54,375 bases of DNA from Desulfonatronovibrionaceae bacterium (lineage in GTDB: Bacteria; Desulfobacterota; Desulfovibrionia; Desulfovibrionales; Desulfonatronovibrionaceae), in contig JBKHGE010000011.1 of assembly GCA_046539845.1 (NCBI GenBank), positions 1 through 54,375 on the forward strand, written 5' to 3'. Position 1 is the first letter of the stretch. Each line of letters starts with the position of its first letter. The translations under genes and the position numbers were made by a program. Below are positions 47,123 to 54,375 of the stretch, piece by piece. Under the pieces are notes generated by a model, which was not told the DNA's origin, ran no database searches, and saw only the letters and a program-made list of their open reading frames with translations.

Positions 47123-49299
47123 TGGACAAAACAAATCAGATCCATGTCGCTCTGGCCGGGAACCCCAACTCCGGTAAAACCACCCTGTTCAACGCCTTGA
47201 CCGGGTCCAGGCAGCATGTGGGCAACTACCCGGGAATAACCGTGGAGCAAAAGGAAGGCTATGCCCAGGCCAACGGTTACACCCTGCACTTCATTGATCT
47301 GCCGGGGACCTATTCCCTGACCGCCTATTCCCAGGAAGAACTGGTGGCCAGAAATTTTCTGGCCGAGCAAACCCCGGATATGGCGGTGGACGTGGTCAAC
47401 GCCGGAGCCTTGGAGCGCAACCTGTACCTGGCGGTGCAGATAATGGAACTGGGTATCCCCTTGATTCTGGCCCTGAATATGATGGACGAGGTGCGCAAAA
47501 AGGGACTGACCATAAACACCGAACTCTTGTCCCGCCGCCTGGGTGCTCCGGTGGTGGAGACCGTGGCCAGGCAGGGTCTGGGACGCAACCTCTTAAAACA
47601 GAAGATCATCTCCTTGGCCGAAGAAGGCGGGGGCAGTCGACAGCCCCTGAACATCTCATACGGGCCGGACCTGGACCCGGCAATCCAGCGCATGGTCCGG
47701 AAAATCGAAGAGCAGGAATTTTTCACCTCCACGTTCCCTCCCCGGTGGATTGCCCTCAAGTATCTGGAGGGCGACGAAGAAGTCCGGGCCAGGGGGCTAT
47801 CCCTAAACCGGGAACTGGCCCGGGAACTGGAGGAGGAGGCAGCCAGGGTGGCCGAGCACTGCCAAAAGACCTTGAACACCTATCCGGAGGCAATCATCGC
47901 CGACTATCGCTACGGATATATCTCCTCGGTCCTAAAGGAGGTCCTTTCCAGGGATACCCATCAGGAGAGGCTGGAATTCTCGGACCGGCTGGACCGGATT
48001 TTGACCCATAGGTTTCTGGGCCCGGCAATCATGATCTCTATCCTGTACGGAGTATACAAGGCTACCTTTCTAGTGGGCGAGGTCCCCATGGGCTGGCTGG
48101 AGGCTTTTTTTGACTGGCTGAAAATCAGCCTGGCCGGGATACTCCCCGACGGACTTTTGCAGTCTCTGATTATCTCCGGGATAATCGACGGCGTGGGCGG
48201 AGTACTCGGCTTCGTCCCCCTTATCGCGGTCATGTTTCTGTGCATTTCCTTTCTGGAGGACAGCGGATACATGGCTCGGGTGGCGTACATGCTGGACCGG
48301 GTATTCCGGATCTTCGGCCTGCACGGCTGCTCGGTCATGCCGTTTATAATCTCCGGAGGCATCGCCGGAGGGTGCGCAGTGCCCGGGATAATGTCCACCC
48401 GCACCCTTAGAAGCCGAAAAGAGAAACTGGCCACCATGATCACCGCCCCGTTTATGACCTGCGGGGCCAAGCTTCCGGTTTTCCTGCTTTTGGCCGGAGT
48501 ATTTTTCCCCAAGCATCAGGCCTCGGTGCTCTTCTTGATCAGCCTGACCGGCTGGCTCTTTGCCCTGGTTGTCTCCCGCATCCTCCGCTGGACGCTCATC
48601 CGCGGCCCATCCACCCCTTTTGTCATGGAACTGCCTCCGTACCGGCTGCCCACATCCAGCGGCATCCTCATCCATACCTGGGAACGGGCCTGGGAATATA
48701 TCAAAAAGGCAGGGACAGTGATCCTGGCCATATCCATACTCTTATGGGCGGCCATGACCTTCCCCCGCCTGCCGGAAAAAGATATGCAGGGCTTTGAAAA
48801 GAAAATCACCCAGGTGCAAAAACAAGAAGATGACGGGAGTGTATCCCGGAGACAGGCCAAGGACAGGGTTCAGGAGATTGAAAAGGAGCTGGGGCAGGCC
48901 AAACTAAAATATTCCCTGGCCGGAAGAATGGGGACTGCCCTGGAACCGGCGACCTCCCTGGCCGGTTTTGACTGGAAAATGAATATCTCGCTTATCGGCG
49001 GGTTCGCGGCCAAGGAAGTCATTATCTCCACTCTGGGAACCGCCTATTCCCTGGGCCAGGTTTCAGAGGAGGACCAGGGTTCATTGGCCAAAAAAATCTC
49101 CACTGACCCGCAATGGGACTATAAAAAGGCCGTCAGCGCCATTTTATTCATCCTGCTCTATGCCCCGTGCTTCGTGTCTGTAGTGGTCATGGCCAAAGAA
49201 TCCGGATCCTGGGGCTGGGCCGGGTTCAGCATGGTCTTTAACACCGCGCTCGCCTTTTTGGTCGCGATCGGTGTATATCAGACTTTGCTTTTGTTTTAA
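47122..49299 (+). CDS. feoB: Ferrous iron transport protein B
   Basis: GNPNSGKTT, VGNYPGITVE, DLPGTYSL, NMMD, LEDSGYMAR, FVMELPPY, LYAPC. Confidence 0.97.
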   Translation: MDKTNQIHVALAGNPNSGKTTLFNALTGSRQHVGNYPGITVEQKEGYAQANGYTLHFIDLPGTYSLTAYSQEELVARNFLAEQTPDMAVDVVNAGALERNLYLAVQIMELGIPLILALNMMDEVRKKGLTINTELLSRRLGAPVVETVARQGLGRNLLKQKIISLAEEGGGSRQPLNISYGPDLDPAIQRMVRKIEEQEFFTSTFPPRWIALKYLEGDEEVRARGLSLNRELARELEEEAARVAEHCQKTLNTYPEAIIADYRYGYISSVLKEVLSRDTHQERLEFSDRLDRILTHRFLGPAIMISILYGVYKATFLVGEVPMGWLEAFFDWLKISLAGILPDGLLQSLIISGIIDGVGGVLGFVPLIAVMFLCISFLEDSGYMARVAYMLDRVFRIFGLHGCSVMPFIISGGIAGGCAVPGIMSTRTLRSRKEKLATMITAPFMTCGAKLPVFLLLAGVFFPKHQASVLFLISLTGWLFALVVSRILRWTLIRGPSTPFVMELPPYRLPTSSGILIHTWERAWEYIKKAGTVILAISILLWAAMTFPRLPEKDMQGFEKKITQVQKQEDDGSVSRRQAKDRVQEIEKELGQAKLKYSLAGRMGTALEPATSLAGFDWKMNISLIGGFAAKEVIISTLGTAYSLGQVSEEDQGSLAKKISTDPQWDYKKAVSAILFILLYAPCFVSVVVMAKESGSWGWAGFSMVFNTALAFLVAIGVYQTLLLF

Positions 49300-49314
49300 A
49301 GGCTGGACAAGGAC

Positions 49315-50589
49315 TCAAGGGCCAATCTTTTCCATCCCTCCCATATACGGCCTGAGGGCCGCCGGGATGACCACACTGCCGTCTTCTTGCTGGAAGTTCT
49401 CCAGAATGGCCACCATGGTCCGGCCCACGGCCAGTCCGGAGCCGTTCAGGATGTGTACCAGACGCTTCTTGCCGCCAACGGCGGGCTTGTACCGGATATT
49501 GGCCCGCCTGGCCTGGAAATCCTCGCAGTTGGAACATGAGGATATTTCCCGATATTTCTGCTGACCGGGCAGCCAGACCTCGATATCATAGGTCTTGGCC
49601 GCGGAAAAACCCAAATCCCCGCCGCACAGAGTGACCACCCGATAGGGCAGCTCCAGCCTCTTGAGCACCGCCTCGGCCTGGCCGGTCATCTCCTCCAGCT
49701 CGGCATAGGAACTCTCCGGGGTTGTGAACCGGACCATCTCCACCTTATTGAACTGGTGCTGCCGGATCATGCCCCGGGTGTCTTTGCCGTAGGAGCCAGC
49801 CTCGGAGCGAAAACACGGGGTATGGGCGGTATATTTCACCGGCAGATCCCCTTCCCCCAGGACCTCGTTTTTGTGGATATTTATCACCGGGACTTCCGCG
49901 GTGGGTATCAGATAGTATTCCCAGTCCTCCAGCCGGAAGAGATCGGCCTCAAATTTGGGAAGCTGTCCGGTGGCCGTCAGACTGTCCCGGTTGGCTATAA
50001 ACGGGGGGAGGACCTCGGTGTAGCCGTGCTCAAGGGTCTGCATGTCCAGCATAAGACCGATAAGGGCCCGCTCCATGCGCGCGGCCCAGCCCCGGTAGAG
50101 GACAAAGCGGCTACCGGCGAGCTTGGCTGCTCGCTCAAAATCCAGACCGCCCAGATCTGGGCCTAGCTCCCAATGCGCCTTGGGAGTAAAATCAAACTCC
50201 GGGATCTCTCCCCAGTACCTCTCCTCGCGATTGTCCTCGTCTGTCTCCCCGTGGGGCACGCTCTCATGCGGGATATTGGGGAGGGCCATGACCCATCTGT
50301 CCACCTCCCGGTCCACTTCCCCAAGCCTGTGGTCCAGCTCCTTGATCCTGGCGGAAAGCCCGCCCAATTCATCTATCAATTCCGAGGCGTCCTCCCCGGC
50401 CTTTTTCTTTTCCGCTACCTCTGCCGAGGCCTTATTCCGTTCCGCCTTTAGCCCCTCTACTTCCCGGACCAACCCGCGACGCTTTTCATCCAGCTCCAGA
50501 TATTCGGACAGATTGAGATCTGATCCGCGCTTGGCCAGAGCCGATTCCACTTGACAGGGATTGTTGCGGATAAAGCGAATGTCCAACAT
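49315..50589 (-). CDS. serS: Serine--tRNA ligase
   Basis: Start MLDIRFIR at 50589; [44 protein letters not shown]. Confidence 0.97.
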   Translation of the reverse strand: MLDIRFIRNNPCQVESALAKRGSDLNLSEYLELDEKRRGLVREVEGLKAERNKASAEVAEKKKAGEDASELIDELGGLSARIKELDHRLGEVDREVDRWVMALPNIPHESVPHGETDEDNREERYWGEIPEFDFTPKAHWELGPDLGGLDFERAAKLAGSRFVLYRGWAARMERALIGLMLDMQTLEHGYTEVLPPFIANRDSLTATGQLPKFEADLFRLEDWEYYLIPTAEVPVINIHKNEVLGEGDLPVKYTAHTPCFRSEAGSYGKDTRGMIRQHQFNKVEMVRFTTPESSYAELEEMTGQAEAVLKRLELPYRVVTLCGGDLGFSAAKTYDIEVWLPGQQKYREISSCSNCEDFQARRANIRYKPAVGGKKRLVHILNGSGLAVGRTMVAILENFQQEDGSVVIPAALRPYMGGMEKIGP

Positions 50590-50857
50590 CTTTTCTCTAC
50601 TCCTGCTTGAGCATTTTTTGTTTCCAGGGACCTGATCCGGTCGCCCCAACCTGCCTGCCCAAAACTTCTGCCTTTGTCAAAAGCTATCCCCCAGGAATCG
50701 GCAGCAAAGCCTCAAATGCTTCTGCCGACACTCTCTTTATTTCCAAGCCCATTTTTAAAAGCCTTTTTGCTGGGTTAAAAAATTGTGCCGCCTGTTCCGA
50801 ATTTAAAAGTGTACTTCAACCGAAGGGACCCAAAAACATTTTTTTTGTTTTCAGCCC

Positions 50858-50885
50858 TTGACTACCCTACAAACCGACTTATTCT
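50858..50885 (+). promoter_or_regulatory. Sigma70-type promoter of groESL
   Basis: TTGACT (50858-50863), 16-bp spacer, TATTCT (50880-50885), upstream of CIRCE. Confidence 0.5.
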
Positions 50886-50934
50886 TTTAGTCGTCCGCGA
50901 AATAAAATCCCGGACATTTATTTTAGTTGATTTG

Positions 50935-50961
50935 TTAGCACTCCCTTTTATCGAGTGCCAA
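50935..50961 (+). promoter_or_regulatory. CIRCE element (HrcA operator)
   Basis: TTAGCACTC-N9-GAGTGCCAA, one mismatch from the consensus TTAGCACTC-N9-GAGTGCTAA, 50 bp upstream of groES. Confidence 0.93.
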
Positions 50962-51011
50962 ACAATACTTAAACCCGGTAAAAACTAAAAACAATTCACG
51001 GAGGTAGACCT

Positions 51012-51299
51012 ATGAACGTCAGTCCCTTGCATGATCGTGTACTGATCAAACGGCTGGAAGAAGAGGAAGTGACCAAAGGCGGCATCATCATCCCGGATTC
51101 GGCCAAGGAAAAGCCGATCAAGGGCGAAGTTGTTGCTGTTGGACCCGGAAAGCATTCCGACGACGGCAAGAACATCCCCATGAGTGTTAAAAAGGGCGAT
51201 AACGTACTCTTTAACAAGTACGCCGGCACCGAAATCAAGATCGACGGTGAAGAACACCTGGTAATGCGCGAAGACGACATCCTGGCCGTTATCAGCTAG
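51012..51299 (+). CDS. groES: Co-chaperonin GroES
   Basis: [39 protein letters not shown]. Confidence 0.98.
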   Translation: MNVSPLHDRVLIKRLEEEEVTKGGIIIPDSAKEKPIKGEVVAVGPGKHSDDGKNIPMSVKKGDNVLFNKYAGTEIKIDGEEHLVMREDDILAVIS

Positions 51300-51348
51300 T
51301 CATTTTAAATCCTGTACATCTGAAAACCAGAACCAAATGCATCTTTAA

Positions 51349-53013
<1,665 letters not shown>

Positions 53014-53052
53014 GCCCTTCCCCTGCCGATCAAAAAAGGCACCATATATACC

Positions 53053-53085
53053 AAGCCGGGTCTCGAAAGAGGCCCGGCTTTTTTT
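53053..53085 (+). terminator. Intrinsic terminator of groESL
   Basis: AAGCCGGGTCTC-gaaa-GAGGCCCGGCTT followed by a T-run. Confidence 0.9.
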
Positions 53086-53136
53086 GTATTCCGGACAATA
53101 ATGCTGTGCCCCCGGCATACACAACGGACAATTTTC

Positions 53137-53296
53137 ACCACGAAGAGCTCGAAGAACAAGAAGGATGGAGTTTGATGGACCGTTGGTTCGGGGCTATTGG
53201 CTGAACGCGGGTCGGCTCGAATCCACAAACTTGAGCTAAAGGAAATGAAAAGTTTCCTTCTTTGATTCCCTTCGTGCTACTTCTATCCTTCGTGGT
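53137..53296. repeat. About 160-bp element bounded by inverted, 9-bp-periodic repeats (MITE/REP-like)
   Basis: Left ACCACGAAG AGCTCGAAG AACAAGAAG (53137-53163); right CTTCGTGCTA CTTCTATC CTTCGTGGT (53270-53296); the outer 9 bp are perfectly inverted. Confidence 0.6.
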
Positions 53297-53364
53297 CCGA
53301 ACATCCGCAATGCGAACCACCTGGTGAACGGGAAGGCTAACCACCCCCGACCAGTACGTTGTCC

Positions 53365-53408
53365 TTGACAAACCGACCATACAATGTATATGTATAATGT
53401 ATACATTA
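53365..53408 (+). promoter_or_regulatory. vapBC promoter with a likely autorepression operator
   Basis: TTGACA at 53365-53370; three ATGTAT repeats; perfect 14-bp palindrome TAATGTATACATTA (53395-53408). Confidence 0.7.
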
Positions 53409-53424
53409 AACTGCGAGGTACTCT

Positions 53425-53655
53425 ATGATACGGACCCAAATCTACCTTACTGATAAACAGCGCACAGAAATTGCCGCAATTGCCAAAAATATGGGGAAAA
53501 AGAAAAGCGAAATCATTCGCGAGGCTATAGACCGCCTTATTGATCAAACCGGTCAAAATCAAAAAAAAGCGACACTGAGAGAAGCCGCCGGAATCTGGAA
53601 AAATCGAGATGATCTTCCCGATTTCAGGGCAATACGATCCGAATGGGACAGGTAA
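53425..53655 (+). CDS. vapB: CopG/ribbon-helix-helix antitoxin
   Basis: MIRTQIYLT...KSEIIREAID RHH, followed by AAGIWKNR; directly upstream of a PIN toxin. Confidence 0.88.
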   Translation: MIRTQIYLTDKQRTEIAAIAKNMGKKKSEIIREAIDRLIDQTGQNQKKATLREAAGIWKNRDDLPDFRAIRSEWDR

Positions 53656-53660
53656 TTGTT

Positions 53661-54044
53661 ATGCCGCAGGCCATACTTGTAGATACCGACGTATTGATTG
53701 ATTTTTTACGCGGCAAGGATAAGGCTGTTACTTTTATAGATGAATTTTCTCCTCATATTATCCTGTCTTCAATAGTTATCGGTGAATTGTACGCGGGCGT
53801 TAAGGGAGCTGAGGAATTGGTCGTACTGGACAATTTCGTCTCCCTTTTCCGCCAGGTCCCCATAGACGCGGAGATTGCAAAAGCGGGCGGGTTATACAAA
53901 CGCGATTTCGGCAAATCCCACGGAGTTGGACTGGCGGATGCAATATTGGCCGCTACAGCCGATAAGGAAAATGCGCAATTAAAGACCCTGAATGTCAAGC
54001 ATTACCCCATGATTAAGGGCTTAAAGCCGGCCTATAAAAAATAA
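53661..54044 (+). CDS. vapC: PIN-domain toxin (VapC family)
   Basis: ILVDTDVLIDFLRG, ELYAG, LADAILAATA, TLNVKHYP; likely start ATG 53661 (alternative 53643). Confidence 0.92.
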   Translation: MPQAILVDTDVLIDFLRGKDKAVTFIDEFSPHIILSSIVIGELYAGVKGAEELVVLDNFVSLFRQVPIDAEIAKAGGLYKRDFGKSHGVGLADAILAATADKENAQLKTLNVKHYPMIKGLKPAYKK

Positions 54045-54178
54045 TTGGCCAAATTTTTCTCAGGACAATCATTTTTTCTTAATGCAGGACATCTTGAACC
54101 TCAGTATGCAACGATAAAAAACGCCCAGGACAGCCCGGACCTGTTCAAAAAGCCGATGCTGTTTGAGAACAAGACACC

Positions 54179-54375
54179 ATGAATAATTTAAAACTGCTGG
54201 TAGACTTGCATAAGGACGGCCACCGGCAAGGTCCGGGCGGAGACGCCCAGACTGAACTTGCTCTGGACATTGCCATGGTCGACCGCACCGCCCCGCTAAA
54301 GATCGCGGATATCGGATGCGGTACCGGCGCATCCACCCTCGTGCTTGCCCGGCTCTTGAATGCCCGGATCACGGC
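54179..54375 (+). CDS. Class I SAM-dependent methyltransferase (runs off the window end; not in the supplied ORF track)
   Basis: Translates as MNNLKLLVDLHKDGHRQGPGGDAQT...LKIADIGCGTGASTLVLA; motif I is DIGCGTG. Confidence 0.88.
   Translation, partial: MNNLKLLVDLHKDGHRQGPGGDAQTELALDIAMVDRTAPLKIADIGCGTGASTLVLARLLNARIT

Noticed and set aside
50590..50850. T-box leader for serS
   Set aside because: No T-box consensus or terminator/antiterminator on the minus strand.
53137..53296. CRISPR array or integron attC
   Set aside because: The units are 9 bp with no spacers and no cas genes; no convincing RYYYAAC...GTTRRRY attC stem.

Overview
54.4-kb, gene-dense, mostly core-genome window from a sulfate-reducer-like deltaproteobacterium; the gene content suggests Desulfovibrionales (inference). 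Left to right: a 5'-truncated AI-2E transporter abutting an AT-rich possible IS end; lplA; tungsten-type aor with moaD/ThiF; an orphan PAS histidine kinase; rdgB-glmS-amidase-hypothetical-LysM; a Re-citrate-synthase-like enzyme with a Cache domain; lipoprotein-coaBC-hypothetical-nfeD; usp-yeeE-yeeE; GH57-HDOD; rdgC and a hypothetical; carbonic anhydrase-LOG; an NCS2 permease; a complete echABCDEF hydrogenase; radical SAM-rne-queH-hemW; trmI; PaaK-like-chaN-mutM-GGDEF; HI0933 oxidoreductase, Ca/Na antiporter and a tRNA thiolase-like gene; feoAB; serS; CIRCE-groESL; then an AT-richer accessory edge with a short inverted-repeat element, vapBC and a truncated SAM methyltransferase. No rRNA, tRNA, CRISPR array, integrase or transposase was seen. 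The best novelty candidates come from re-reading 'hypothetical' proteins: (1) a soluble protein that looks like two tandem MotA cytoplasmic domains without membrane helices (24314-25117); (2) a HolD/psi-like or catalytically dead family-4 UDG-fold protein after coaBC (16173-16802); (3) a cytoplasmic Cache domain fused to Re-citrate synthase; (4) a kinase with a degenerate Rossmann-like input domain; (5) a 9-bp-periodic inverted-repeat element at the groEL/vapBC boundary. All family calls were made by eye from motifs; no database searches were run.
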